A DNA stretch of 61,515 bases, counting the filler, from Nemertoderma westbladi (taxonomy: Eukaryota; Animalia; Xenacoelomorpha): the NCBI GenBank assembly GCA_032718475.1. It is 3 parts of 3 records of this genome, joined end to end, with 100 filler letters (N's around TTAATTAATTAA, not from the genome) between each part and the next. Parts side by side here need not be neighbours in the genome. Positions count along the whole stretch, not along the records: positions 1 to 24,295 come from JAUCBJ010005440.1; 2 more parts are not named here. One strand, written 5' to 3'. Positions 1 through 13,449 of the stretch are shown here, one piece after another. The position numbers and the translations under genes are program-made. Within the stretch, counting starts at the first letter, position 1. Every line of letters begins with the position of its first letter. A model generated the notes under the pieces. That model ran no database searches and was not told the origin of the DNA. It was given only the letters and a program-made list of their open reading frames with translations.

Positions 1-149
1 CTACCAGTATACAATAATCAAATCGAATAATACTAAATGTACTTGTACAGCAGTACCGGTACCGGTGATGACAGTTAGGCCTACTGACCTACAAAGTACC
101 GGTTCAGTTTTACCAGTCACTACGGTAGTTTGCAACCTTATTGCCTACT

Positions 150-390
150 GCAATAAGATTATAAACTGTTACTGTTCGAAAGAACAGTATTAAACTATAT
201 TTAATGCTTACACTGCAATACAAGTAAACTGTTACTGTTCGTCAGAACAGTATTAAACTGTATTTAATGCCTACACTTGCAACCTTATTGCTTACTGCAA
301 TAAGATTATAAACTGTTACTGTTCGTCAGAACAGTATTAAACTGTATTTAATACCTACACTGCAATAAGAACATAAACTGTTACTGTTCG
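150..390. repeat. Short degenerate tandem repeat (~60-80 bp unit, 3-4 copies)
   Basis: aaactgttactgttcg...aacagtattaaact...ctgcaata recurs. Confidence 0.7.
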
Positions 391-1693
391 CGCTTTCGAA
401 GACCTTTAGCAGTTTAACCTGCCAAAATTTATATGTCTTTTCGTTAATTAAAACCACTTTAGCATACGACAATAATTTATGCTAATACGCAAAACATTAG
501 CCGAAGTCAGCCCATGCGCGATCATTCACCCGATGGATCTACACCCGGGAGACTGAATTCGGATGCTTGAATTGTATTATTACAGTGTAAGGTTGTAGTG
601 TATACCTAATGTATTATTCGATAGATCGTTAATAATTAATCTCTGACAGATATTATTGGCTTTCGGGAAATATTAACAGTTCCTTTAGGACGTGGCGCTT
701 TACCTATTTAAACAGAATTAAGACTTATACTAAACGCAACGATACTGCTGCTGATTAAAGTATAAAACGTATTCTTTAGGAAATACTTTGTTACCAATCA
801 CAATCATACACACTATTCTGCCGACAGTCAGTATATTTGATCACACATAAAGAGAGCAGTAATTGACTCGCGTAGGGTCTGCTAAATAACATTGGATTCA
901 ATACACACCACATTAATATAAATCGCAATTGTTATATATAGCCGGTCTCTCTAACCTGTAGTGTTATCAAGAAAATTGGGAATTGGGTGATTTATCCGTA
1001 TTATCCAAATAGAAATATTTCCATCAACAAATATTTACAATTAATAACTGACGGTAAAATAACAGTACAAACAATATGATTAATGAGTTAGTGAATGATT
1101 AAGTCAGGTGACACCGCCGGTAACAGTTTATACTTTCGATAATTCAAGCAGTTCTGCAGTTCACGGTACAGCAGTATCTATCCAAAAATGCCGGTGTTTC
1201 TGGCTTAGACAGCAATAACAACAAAAGTGACAACTCTCTCTCTCTCTCCCGTCCGAAGGTAACACTCTCCATGATTTCCAGGAAAGCTACACGTCGACAG
1301 GAAAAACCGCCCTGATTGGCCCAAGCCAAACAAAGAACCACGCTGCCAATGGCTGTTTCCATGTCAGCAACCAGCTGCTAGATGTCGTAATATGAATCAT
1401 CACGGCTAAGCTGTGAAAGGTGGTTTGTGCATTACAAGTTTTTGTCTTACCATGTCCGCTAAAACACGTATATAGCATAATGATTTTTATGTCCGTTAAA
1501 ACACCTGTAAAGGTACCTTGCGGGCAAGGGGAATATATATACAGTTAGAAAACCTTTTTTAGAGTATTCCAGCGCCGGGGGGGGAACTGGCCAGCCAAGG
1601 CAAACGTATCAGTTATCCCACAAAAGCTTTTACATATACTGAACAACTAAATTGGAGATGAGCTGTTGCAACTGTTGTGTGGCTGATCTGGTT

Positions 1694-1739
1694 AGCGCTA
1701 CTGATGAGGCCTGTTAGGACGAAACGTACGTATAGCGCT
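1694..1739 (+). ncRNA. Minimal type I hammerhead ribozyme (Penelope/retrozyme-type)
   Basis: AGCGCTA-CTGATGAG-GCCTGTTAGGAC-GAAAC-GTAC-GTA-TAGCGCT. It has a perfect 7-bp stem I, the conserved core CUGAUGA/GAAA, stem II with one mismatch, a short palindromic stem III and a GUA cleavage triplet (cut after 1732). Confidence 0.88.
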
Positions 1740-1874
1740 GGTTCAACCCCCGGTGACGCGCTTTCTCGTTTTTCCCACTTCTGAACAAAACCATTTACAT
1801 TACATCATACTGAACAACAACAGTTTATTCAACAGAAGAAGATTCTACGGCCACAGAAGGCCAAGGTCACTAAC

Positions 1875-2024
1875 CTTTAACAATCCAACATTCGCGAATC
1901 GTTCGAACCGTAATGTTTCGTCCTCCCCACACCCCCCTTTCCTTTGACCTTTCAGTATCCGTGTTGCAGTCCAAGTGCTGATACTGGTTCCGTCAGCCAC
2001 AAACACAACCACGTTCTTCGCTAC
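1875..2024 (-). CDS. Alkaline phosphatase, exon 2
   Basis: TTTCAG acceptor and GTTAGT donor, phase 0/0. VAKNVVVFVADGTSISTWTATRILKGQ...GEDETLRFERFANVGLLK matches the alkaline phosphatase N-terminal motif (AKNVIxFxGDGMxxxTxTAARILKGQ...GEE..L.FE.F..VGLxK). Later exons lie outside the window. Confidence 0.9.
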
Positions 2025-2475
2025 CTGAAAGTTATACAAACAACAGGGTGGGTTTTAGTTTCCCTATGGACGGACACTTGTTGGCATAATAATAAAGTAA
2101 ACGAAATAAATAAAAAGAAAAATAAGGAGAAATATATATAAAACTAAAAAATAACTAACAATAATGAAACGGCGATTAAAATATTAAGTTGAATAAAATA
2201 ATCATATGTTTACGCCAAGTCATACAATTTACCACTTATAAGATTTCATATTTGTTCACAATTCTCACGACTCTTTTTTTAACCGAACTGGCGCTCAGTA
2301 TATTAAATATATTTATGTAGTGAAGAACTTCCTTTTTCTAATGTAATTAATAATTACTAAATTCATAATTTTTTAAATTTTCAATAGGGAAAAAATAAAC
2401 CCCGATCGTATGGTCTTCAAAGTGGAAAAAATAAATTAAAAATATGTGATAATATTTTTCAGTTACAGCTTTATT

Positions 2476-5400
2476 AGATAGAGCTAGTTGTATAAACTTA
2501 CCCCATTGTTGGGTTTTTCAGTTAGAGCTAGTTGTATAAACTTACCCAATTGTTGGGTTTTTCAGTTAGAGCTAGTTGTATAAACTTAACCCATTGTTAA
2601 GTTTTTCAGTTAGAGCTAGTTGTATAAACTTACCCAATTGTTAAGTGTTTTAGTTAGAGCTAGTTGTATAAACTTACCCAATTGTTAAGTGTTTTAGTTA
2701 GAGCTAGTTGTATAAACTTACCCCATTGTTGGTTTTTTCAGTTAGAGCTAGTTGTATAAACTTACCCCATTGTTGGGTTTATCAGTTAGAGCTAGTTGTA
2801 TAAACTTACTCCATTGTTTAGTTTTCCTGTTAGAGCTAGTTGTATAGACTTAGCCCATTGTTAAGTTTTTCTGTTAGAGCTAGTTGTATAAACTTACCCA
2901 ATTGTTAAGTGTTTTAGTTAGAGCTAGTTGTATAAACTTAGCCCATTGTTAGGTTTTTCAGTTAGAGCTAGTTGTATAAACTTACCCCATTGTTGGGTTT
3001 ATCAGTTAGAGCTAGTTGTATAAACTTAACCCATTGTTTGGTTTTTCAGTTTGAGCTAGTTGTATAAACTTAGCCCATTGTTGGGTTTTTCAGTTAGAGC
3101 TAGTTGTATAAACTTACCCCATTGTTAAGTTTTTCTGTTAGAGCTAGTTGTTTAAACTTACAAATTGTTAGGTTTTTCAGATAGAGCTAGTTGTATAAAG
3201 TTACCCCATTGTTGGTTTTTTCAGTTAGAGCTAGTTGTATAAACTTACCCCATTGTTGGGTTTATCAGTTAGAGCTAGTTGTATAAACTTAACCCATTGT
3301 TTGGTTTTTCAGTTTGAGCTAGTTGTATAAACTTAGCCCATTGTTGGGTTTTTCAGTTAGAGCTAGTTGTATAAACTTACCCCATTGTTAAGTTTTTCTG
3401 TTAGAGCTAGTTGTTTAAACTTACAAATTGTTAGGTTTTTCAGATAGAGCTAGTTGTATAAAGTTACCCCATTGTTGGTTTTTTCAGTTAGAGCTAGTTG
3501 TATAGACTTAGCCCATTGTTAGGTTTTTCAGTTAGAGCTAGTTGTATAAACTTACCCCATTGTTAAGTTTTTCTGTTAGAGCTAGTTGTTTAAACTTACA
3601 AATTGTTAGGTTTTTCAGATAGAGCTAGTTGTATAAAGTTACCCCATTGTTGGTTTTTTCAGTTAGAGCTAGTTGTATAAACTTACCCCATTTTTGGGTT
3701 TATCAGTTAGAGCTAGTTGTTTAAACTTACAAATTGTTAGGTTTTTCAGATAGAGCTAGTTGTATAAACTTACCCCATTGTTGGTTTTTTCACTTAGAGA
3801 TAGTTGTATAAACTTACCCCATTGTTGGGTTTATCAGTTAGAGCTAGTTGTATAAACTTACCCCATTTTTGGGTTTTTCAGTTAGAGCTAGTTGTATAAA
3901 CTTACCCCATTTTTGGGTTTTTCAGTTAGAGCTAGTTGTATAAACTTACTCCATTGTTAAGTTTTTCTGTTAGAGCTAGTTGTATAAACTTACCCAATTG
4001 TTAAGTGTTTTTGTTAGAGCTAGTTGTATAAACTTATTACCCCATTGTTGGTTTTTTCAGTTAGAGCTAGTTGTATAAACTTACCCCATTGTTGGGTTTA
4101 TCGGTTAGAGCTAGTTGTATAAACTTACCCCATTTTTGGGTTTTTCAGTTAGAGCTAGTTGTATAAACTTACTCCATTGTTTAGTTTTCGTGTTAGAGCT
4201 AGTTGTATAGACTTAGCCCATTGTTAAGTTTTTCTGTTAGAGCTAGTTGTATAAACTTACCCAATTGTTAAGTGTTTTAGTTAGAGCTAGTTGTATAAAC
4301 TTACCCCATTGTTGGGTTTTTCAGTTAGAGCTAGTTGTATAAACTTACCCCATTGTTGGGTTTTTCAGTTAGAGCTAGTTGTATAAACTTACCCCATTTT
4401 TGGGTTTTTCAGTTAGAGCTAGTTGTTTAAACTTACAAATTGTTAGGTTTTTCAGATAGAGCTAGTTGTATAAACTTACCCCATTGTTGGGTTTTTCAGT
4501 TAGAGCTAGTTGTATAAACTTACCCCATTGTTGGGTTTTTCAGTTAGAGCTAGTTGTATAAACTTACCCCATTTTTGGGTTTTTCAGTTAGAGCTAGTTG
4601 TTTAAACTTACAAATTGTTAGGTTTTTCAGATAGAGCTAGTTGTATAAACTTACCCCATTGTTGGTTTTTTCAGTTAGAGCTAGTTGTATGAACTTACCC
4701 CATTGTTGGGTTTATCCGTTAGAGCTAGTTGTATAAACTTACCCCATTTTTGGGTTTTTCAGTTAGAGCTAGTTGTATAAACTTACTCCATTGTTTAGTT
4801 GTCCTGTTAGAGCTAGTTGTATAGACTTAGTCCATTGTTAAGTTTTTCTGTTAGAGCTAGTTGTATAAACTTTCCCAATTGTTAAGTGTTTTAGTTAGAG
4901 CTAGTTGTATAAACTTACCCCATTGTTAACTTTTTCAGTTAGAGCTAGTTGTATAAACTTACCCCATTGTTGGATTTTTCAGTTAGAGCTAGTTGTATAA
5001 ACTTACCCCATTGTTAAGTTTTTCAGTTAGAGCTAGTTGTATAAACTTACCCCATTGTTGGGTTTTTCAGTTAGAGCTAGTTGTATAAACTTACCCCATT
5101 GTTGGGTTTTTCAGTTTGAGCTAGTTGTATAAACTTACCCCATTGTTGGGTTTTTCAGTTAGAGCTAGTTATATAAACTTACCCCATTGTTGGGCTTTTC
5201 AGTTAGAGCTAGTTGTGTAAACTTACCTCATTGTTGGGTTTTTCAGTTAGAGCTAGTTGTATAAACTTACCCTATTGTTAGGTTTTTCAGTTAGAGCTAG
5301 TTGTATAAACTTACCCCATTGTTGGTTTTTTCAGTTAGAGCTAGTTGTATAAACTTAACCTATTGTTAGGTTTTTCAGTTAGAGCTAGTTGTATAAACTT

Positions 5401-8400
5401 ACCCCATTGTTGGTTTTTTCAGATAGAGCTAGTTGTATAAACTTACCCCATTGTTGGGTTTTTCAGTTAGAGCAAGTTGTATAAACTTACCCCATTGTTG
5501 GGTTTTTCAGTTAGAGCTAGTTGTATAAACTTACCCCATTTTTGGGTTTTTCAGTTAGAGCTAGTTGTATAAACTTAGCCCATTGTTGGATTTTTCAGTT
5601 AGAGCTAGTTGTATAGACTTAGCCCATTGTTAGGTTTTTCAGTTAGAGCTAGTTGTATAAACTTACCCCATTGTTGGGTTTTTCAGTTAGAGCTAGTTGT
5701 ATAAGCTTACCCCATTGTTGGGTTTTTCAGTTAGAGCTAGTTGTATAAACTTACCCCATTGTTGGGTTTTTCAGATAGAGCTAGTTGTATAAACTTCCCC
5801 CATTGTTCGGTTTTTCAGTTAGAGCTAGTTGTATAAACTTACCCCATTGTTGGGTTTTTCAGTTAGAGATAGTTGTATAAACTTACCCCATTGTTGGGTT
5901 TTTCAGTTAGAGCTAGTTGTATAAACTTACCCGATTGTTGGGTTTTTCAGATAGAGCTAGTTGTATAAACTTCCCCCATTGTTCGGTTTTTCAGTTAGAG
6001 CTAGTTGTATAAACTTACCCCATTGTTGGGTTTTTCAGTTAGAGATAGTTGTATAAACTTACCCCATTGTTGGGTTTTTCAGTTAGAGCTAGTTGTATAG
6101 ACTTAGCCCATTGTTAGGTTTTTCAGTTAGAGCTAGTTGTATAAACTTACCCCATTGTTAGGTTTTTCAGTTAGAGCTAGTTGTATAAACTTACCCATTG
6201 TTTGGTTTTTCAGTTAGAGCTAGTTGTATAAACTTAGCCCATTGTTGGGTTTTTCAGTTAGAGCTAGTTGTATAAACTTAGCACATTGTTGGGTTTTTCA
6301 GTTAGAGCTAGTTGTATAAACTTAGCCCATTGTTGGGTTTTTTAGTTAGAGCTAGTTGTATAAACTTACCCCATTGTTGGGTTTTTCAGATAGAGCTAGT
6401 TTTGTAAACTTACCCCATAGTTGGGTTTTTCAGTTAGAGCTAGTTGTATAAACTTACCCCATTTTTGGGTTTATCAGTTAGAGCTAGTTGTTTAAACTTA
6501 CAAATTGTTAGGTTTTTCAGATAGAGCTAGTTGTATAAACTTACCCCATTGTTGGTTTTTCAGTTAGAGCTAGTTGTATAAACTTACCCCATTGTTGGGT
6601 TTATCAGTTAGAGCTAGTTGTATAAACTTACCCCATTTTTGGGTTTTTCAGTTAGAGCTAGTTGTATAAACTTACCCCATTTTTGGGTTTTTCAGTTAGA
6701 GCTAGTTGTATAAACTTACTCCATTGTTAAGTTTTTCTGTTAGAGCTAGTTGTATAAACTTACCCAATTGTTAAGTGTTTTTGTTAGAGCTAGTTGTATA
6801 AACTTACCCCATTGTTGGTTTTTTCAGTTAGAGCTAGTTGTATAAACTTACCCCATTGTTGGGTTTATCGGTTAGAGCTAGTTGTATAAACTTACCCCAT
6901 TTTTGGGTTTTTCAGTTAGAGCTAGTTGTATAAACTTACTCCATTGTTTAGTTTTCGTGTTAGAGCTAGTTGTATAGACTTAGCCCATTGTTAAGTTTTT
7001 CTGTTAGAGCTAGTTGTATAAACTTACCCAATTGTTAAGTGTTTTAGTTAGAGCTAGTTGTATAAACTTACCCCATTGTTGGGTTTTTCAGTTAGAGCTA
7101 GTTGTATAAACTTACCCCATTGTTGGGTTTTTCAGTTAGAGCTAGTTGTATAAACTTACCCCATTTTTGGGTTTTTCAGTTAGAGCTAGTTGTTTAAACT
7201 TACAAATTGTTAGGTTTTTCAGATAGAGCTAGTTGTATAAACTTACCCCATTGTTGGGTTTTTCAGTTAGAGCTAGTTGTATAAACTTACCCCATTGTTG
7301 GGTTTTTCAGTTAGAGCTAGTTGTATAAACTTACCCCATTTTTGGGTTTTTCAGTTAGAGCTAGTTGTTTAAACTTACAAATTGTTAGGGTTTTCAGATA
7401 GAGCTAGTTGTATAAACTTACCCCATTGTTGGTTTTTTCAGTTAGAGCTAGTTGTATGAACTTACCCCATTGTTGGGTTTATCCGTTAGAGCTAGTTGTA
7501 TAAACTTACCCCATTTTTGGGTTTTTCAGTTAGAGCTAGTTGTATAAACTTACTCCATTGTTTAGTTGTCCTGTTAGAGCTAGTTGTATAGACTTAGTCC
7601 ATTGTTAAGTTTTTCTGTTAGAGCTAGTTGTATAAACTTTCCCAATTGTTAAGTGTTTTAGTTAGAGCTAGTTGTATAAACTTACCCCATTGTTAACTTT
7701 TTCAGTTAGAGCTAGTTGTATAAACTTACCCCATTGTTGGATTTTTCAGTTAGAGCTAGTTGTATAAACTTACCCCATTGTTAAGTTTTTCAGTTAGAGC
7801 TAGTTGTATAAACTTACCCCATTGTTGGGTTTTTCAGTTAGAGCTAGTTGTATAAACTTACCCCATTGTTGGGTTTTTCAGTTTGAGCTAGTTGTATAAA
7901 CTTACCCCATTGTTGGGTTTTTCAGTTAGAGCTAGTTATATAAACTTACCCCATTGTTGGGCTTTTCAGTTAGAGCTAGTTGTGTAAACTTACCTCATTG
8001 TTGGGTTTTTCAGTTAGAGCTAGTTGTATAAACTTACCCTATTGTTAGGTTTTTCAGTTAGAGCTAGTTGTATAAACTTACCCCATTGTTGGTTTTTTCA
8101 GTTAGAGCTAGTTGTATAAACTTAACCTATTGTTAGGTTTTTCAGTTAGAGCTAGTTGTATAAACTTACCCCATTGTTGGTTTTTTCAGATAGAGCTAGT
8201 TGTATAAACTTACCCCATTGTTGGGTTTTTCAGTTAGAGCAAGTTGTATAAACTTACCCCATTGTTGGGTTTTTCAGTTAGAGCTAGTTGTATAAACTTA
8301 CCCCATTTTTGGGTTTTTCAGTTAGAGCTAGTTGTATAAACTTAGCCCATTGTTGGATTTTTCAGTTAGAGCTAGTTGTATAGACTTAGCCCATTGTTAG

Positions 8401-9701
8401 GTTTTTCAGTTAGAGCTAGTTGTATAAACTTACCCCATTGTTGGGTTTTTCAGTTAGAGTTAGTTGTATAAACTTACCCCATTGTTGGGTTTTTCAGTTA
8501 GAGCTAGTTGTATAAACTTACCCCATTTTGGGGTTTTTCAGTTAGAGCTAGTTGTATAAACTTACCCCATTGTTGGGTTTTTCAGTTAGAGCTAGTTGTA
8601 TAAGCTTACCCCATTGTTGGGTTTTTCAGTTAGAGCTAGTTGTATAAACTTACCCCATTGTTGGGTTTTTCAGATAGAGCTAGTTGTATAAACTTCCCCC
8701 ATTGTTCGGTTTTTCAGTTAGAGCTAGTTGTATAAACTTACCCCATTGTTGGGTTTTTCAGTTAGAGATAGTTGTATAAACTTACCCCATTGTTGGGTTT
8801 TTCAGTTAGAGCTAGTTGTATAGACTTAGCCCATTGTTAGGTTTTTCAGTTAGAGCTAGTTGTATAAACTTACCCCATTGTTAGGTTTTTCAGTTAGAGC
8901 TAGTTGTATAAACTTACCCATTGTTTGGTTTTTCAGTTAGAGCTAGTTGTATAAACTTAGCCCATTGTTGGGTTTTTCAGTTAGAGCTAGTTGTATAAAC
9001 TTAGCACATTGTTGGGTTTTTCAGTTAGAGCTAGTTGTATAAACTTAGCCCATTGTTGGGTTTTTTAGTTAGAGCTAGTTGTATAAACTTACCCCATTGT
9101 TGGGTTTTTCAGATAGAGCTAGTTTTGTAAACTTACCCCATAGTTGGGTTTTTCAGTTAGAGCTAGTTGTATAAACTTACCCCATTTTTGGGTTTTTCAG
9201 TTAGAGCTAGTTGTACAAACTTACCCCATTGTTCGGTTTTTCAAATAGAGCTAGTTTTGTAAACTTACCCCATTGTTGGGTTTTTCAGATAGAGCCAGTT
9301 GTATAAACTTACCCCATTGTTGGGTTTTTCAGTTAGAGCTAGTTGTATAAACTTACCCCATTGTTGGGTTTTTCAGTTAGAGCTAGTTGTATAAACTTAC
9401 CCCATTGTTGGGTTTTTCAAATAGAGCTAGTTTTGTAAACTTACCCCATTGTTGGGTTTTTCAGATAGAGCTAGTTGTATAAACTTACCCCATTGTTGGG
9501 TTTTTCCAATAGAGCTAGTTTTGTAAACTTACCCCATTGTTGGGTTATTCAGATAGAGCTAGTTGTATAAACTTACCCCATTGTTGGGTTTTTCAAATAG
9601 AGCTAGTTTTGTAAACTTACCCCATTGTTGGGTTTTTCAGATAGAGCTAGTTGTATAAACTTACCCCATTGTTGGGTTTTTCAGATAGAGCTAGTTGTAT
9701 A
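2476..9701. repeat. 44-bp satellite, large block (~165 copies), in alkaline phosphatase intron 1
   Basis: Unit gttagagctagttgtataaacttaccccattgttgggtttttca. On the minus strand it equals the exon-1 3' end plus the GTAAGT donor. Confidence 0.97.
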
Positions 9702-11661
9702 CTACTACTACTAGGATCGGCATGCTGCATTGCAGCTGCATTTTTAAGAATGCTGTGCCGGCTTGTCAACAAAATTGCACCGCCACAACTCCCTATCACC
9801 CATGACATTTGCTAGATCATCCGCATCTTTAGGCCAGTGTCCTTTAAGATGCGTCTCAAGAAAGTCATGGGCTGTCCACCATGCTTATTCACTCCATGAG
9901 GCTGCCAAAGTACAAGATTATGCACTGGCTGGTCCTCACGGCGAAAGCAATGTCCTGCAAAGCGGAGGCGATTTTGTTCTAGTTTAAGCTTGGGGGAACC
10001 AATGAGACACCTCCAATGTAATATAGTGTCTGGTTGGAGATGTGTGCATTGTACTTGACACAATGAACCCGGCGTAGCATTCTTGTGAATGTGCCATCCA
10101 GAGATTTGGTGTCCTCAGCAGTTAGAGCCCAGCATGGACTCCCGTAGAGGAGTACTGGAACTACTGCTGCTCTAAATAATCGGACCTTAAGTTTCCGATT
10201 AATTCTCGGTGACTTCCAAATCCTGGAAAGCCTATTCAAGGCTGCCCATGCCTTTCCCTTACGTATTCGAAGGTCCTCACCTGACTTCCGGATCCATGAT
10301 CCCAGGTAACAGAAGTCGTCCACATGCTCAAGCATACCATCCTTTGAGCTTATGCTCATCCGATCAGAGACTTGCTGAGGACTTTCAAAGTTAACTGTCA
10401 GAATTTTGGTCTTTCTGGAGTTAATAAAAAGACCAACACTAGAAGCAGCATGTTCTAATGAGCTGAGGAGCCGTTGGGCTCCCTCTAATGATTCTGAGAG
10501 TACTCCTAAGTCATCAGCAAAGTCTAGATCAGTTAGGTACTTGGCAGGATTTCCTCGACTTCTGGAGCCAGTCGGTGGAGTTATCATCACCCCATCATCA
10601 TTATAATGATCTAAGGACATGCGTAGAACATAGTCAACCACAATAATGAACAAGAATGGTGCAAGTGTGGCTCCTTGGAGGACGCCCCATAACACTTCAA
10701 ATGGTTCTGTGTCACCGTCAACAGTAGACACAAATGTTGTCGAACCATCGTATACTGATCTGAATGCTGCAATAATTTCATCAGGAATCCCATATAATGA
10801 AAGGATGCTGAACATACGTGAGCGAGAGACTGAATCAAAGGCCTTGAAGAAGTCAACAAAGATAACAGCCAGATGCCTGTCTTTCTTTTTTGATAACTCT
10901 TCAATTATCCTTCTAAGTGCCAAAATGGGCTCCATGGTCCCACGACCTTTACGGACCCCATTCTGATTTCCACGGAGCAGTCTCTCAATGGGATCCCTGA
11001 TGCGATTTAATAGAATCCTATTGTATAGCTTTGCAGCAATCGAGATCAATGAGATTCCCCGAAAAGAACCATAGAGTGTTAGGTTGCCCTTCTTGGGAAC
11101 TGGCACGAACTTATTTGTTTTCATTTCTTGTGGGACTCTTGTTGTTCGGAACATGTCTACTATGATGGGATAGATGAGCTTTAAACACTCAGGTATTTTA
11201 AAGACCTCAGGGGGAACACCATCTACTCCACTGGCACGATTGGTCTTAATGTTCTTTGCAGCAGCCTTCACTTCTGCAAAGGAGATATCGCCAATGGGAA
11301 TATCTGGGAGTACAGACTCAGACACTTTTACTTCTATAAAGTTATCAGGCAATACCCTGTCATTATTGAGGAGCTTTTCAAAGTGGGCTTTCCAACCATT
11401 GAGGCGATCGGCTGGTGATTCAGCCTTAACCTTGGTGGTTGGTTGGCTTTTCCGCCCAGTAAGCAGATTGATCGATTTCCATGCCTGGGATGATTGCCTG
11501 CTGTCGTCAGCATCATTGATGGCATCAACCTGTTGGTTTATTAGCTCCTGTAGATTAGCAGAGTACTGTCTGTTCAGGGACCTAGATGCAGCCTTAACTG
11601 CATTCTTGGCCGCTGTAGTCTGTTTGAGTCGGGACTCTTTCTGCGCCTTATGAAGGCTTAT
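9702..11661 (-). mobile_element. 5'-truncated non-LTR retrotransposon (RTE-like LINE, family A) inserted in the satellite
   Basis: RT ORF 9979-11352 (FVDFFKAFDSV, GVLQG, DFADD, YLGS). A frameshift near 9985 precedes the C-terminal RLRFAGHC..WQPHG motif. It has a (TAG)n 3' tail and an 8-bp TSD gttgtata at 9694-9701 and 11662-11669. Confidence 0.93.
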
Positions 11662-12543
11662 GTTGTATAAACTTACCCCATTGTTGGGTTTTTCAGTTAG
11701 AACTAGTTGTATAAACTTAGCCCATTGTTGGGTTTTTCAGTTAGAGCTGTTGTAAAACTTACTCCATTGTTAAGTTTTTCTGTTAGAGCTAGTTGTATAA
11801 ACTTACCCCATTGTTGGGTTTTTCAGATAGAGCTAGTTGTATAAACTTAGCCCATTGTTAAGTTTTTCAGTTAGAGCTAGTTGTATAAACTTACCCCATT
11901 GTTGGGTTTTTCAGTTAGAGCTAGTTGTATAAACTTACCCCATTGTTGGGTTTTTCAGATAGAGCTAGTTGTATAAACTTAGCCCATTGTTAAGTTTTTC
12001 AGTTAGAGCTAGTTGTATAAACTTACCCCATTGTTGGGTTTTTCAGTTAGAGCTAGTTGTATAAACTTACCCCATTGTTGGGTTTTTCAGTTAGAGCTAG
12101 TTGTATAAACTTACCCCATTGTTGGGTTTTTCAGTTAGAGCTAGTTGTATAAACTTACATCATTGTTGAGTTTTTCAGATAGAGCTAGTTGTATAAACTT
12201 ACCCCATTGTTGGGTTTTTCAGATAGAGCTAGTTGTATAAACTTAACCCATTGTTGGGTTTTTCAGTTAGAGCTAGTTGTATAAACTTACCCCATTGTTG
12301 GGTTTTTCAGTTAGAGCTAGTTGTATAAACTTACCCCATTGTTAAGTTTTTCAGTTAGAGCTAGTTGTATAAACTTAACCAATTGTTAAGTGTTTTAGTT
12401 AGAGCTAGTTGTATAAACTTACCCCATTGTTGGGTTTTTCAGTTAGAGCTAGTTGTATAAACTTAACCCATTGTTGGGTTTTTCAGTTAGAGCTGGTTGT
12501 ATAAACTTACCCCATTGTTGGGTTTTTCAGTTAGAGCCAGTTG
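11662..12543. repeat. 44-bp satellite, exon-proximal block (~20 copies)
   Basis: Same unit. The last copy overlaps the true exon-1 end (12511-12543). Confidence 0.95.
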
Positions 12544-12675
12544 AATTCCTAATTTATTAATCCCCTTCCAGTAAGCCGGGTCATATTCCTTTTCAGATAC
12601 TTCGCACGACAAGGAATTGCCAAACAGTGTATACAGGATCACACAGGACAAAGCGAAATACAATGAAAATCTCAT
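12511..12675 (-). CDS. Alkaline phosphatase, exon 1 (signal peptide)
   Basis: MRFSLYFALSCVILYTLFGNSLS is a hydrophobic signal, followed by EKEYDPAYW..LALTEKPNNG, typical of animal AP N-termini (E.DP.YW). 55 codons are followed by GTAAGT, and phase 0 joins exon 2 in frame. Confidence 0.88.
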
Positions 12676-13449
12676 TGTAGAAGAAAATGATGGAACTTAT
12701 AAATAAAAAAAAACTCCAAGTGTAAAAAATATATACAAAAAAAACTAAATAAATAAATATGCCTATTTAAAGAGAAACACAATTAACAGTAAAAATTTAT
12801 ATCAGGCAAACTAATGTACAGTAATAAATAATTTATAAACGAAATGCAATAAATATAAAAGTCAGCGAATCTCAACACGAACTTGGCACGTAAAGGAAGG
12901 GCACGCCCAAGTATTACTTAACTTATAAACTCTAATAAAGGTATATTTGCTAACAACTTAATAGGCTAACTAAATCATGAGTCTTTGCCAAAATGTGACA
13001 TTAATAATAATACGGAATATAACACTATAAGATTATGTTGGTGCTGGTGGGTATTGTTTAGGGATATATGGCATATACCAGTATCTGCGTTACTGTATCT
13101 TGTATGAGGTGCCAGTTGGTTGTGTGGATGTTGTGCGACACTAGGTAGGTGAGAGGCTATGATGACTACAAGGTTTTGGCAAGCTGTATTTTTCGAGGTG
13201 TTTGTTATGATACATTTATTATAGGGAGGGATCGAAACGCGTACGTGGTTTGGAGAGATATGAGATATTAATTTCAAGAAAAATTACGCGATTCCTAAAT
13301 TTGAACACTACCCGGTTATAAAGTACGCATGTGATGGGATTAGTCCTACAAATGCGCCAATAAAAGATAAGTTATTTTCGGTAAAATAAACTTATCATTC
13401 GAGGTTAAGACCCCTAGATCCCTTCCTATAATCGATCCTTGTAGTAGTA

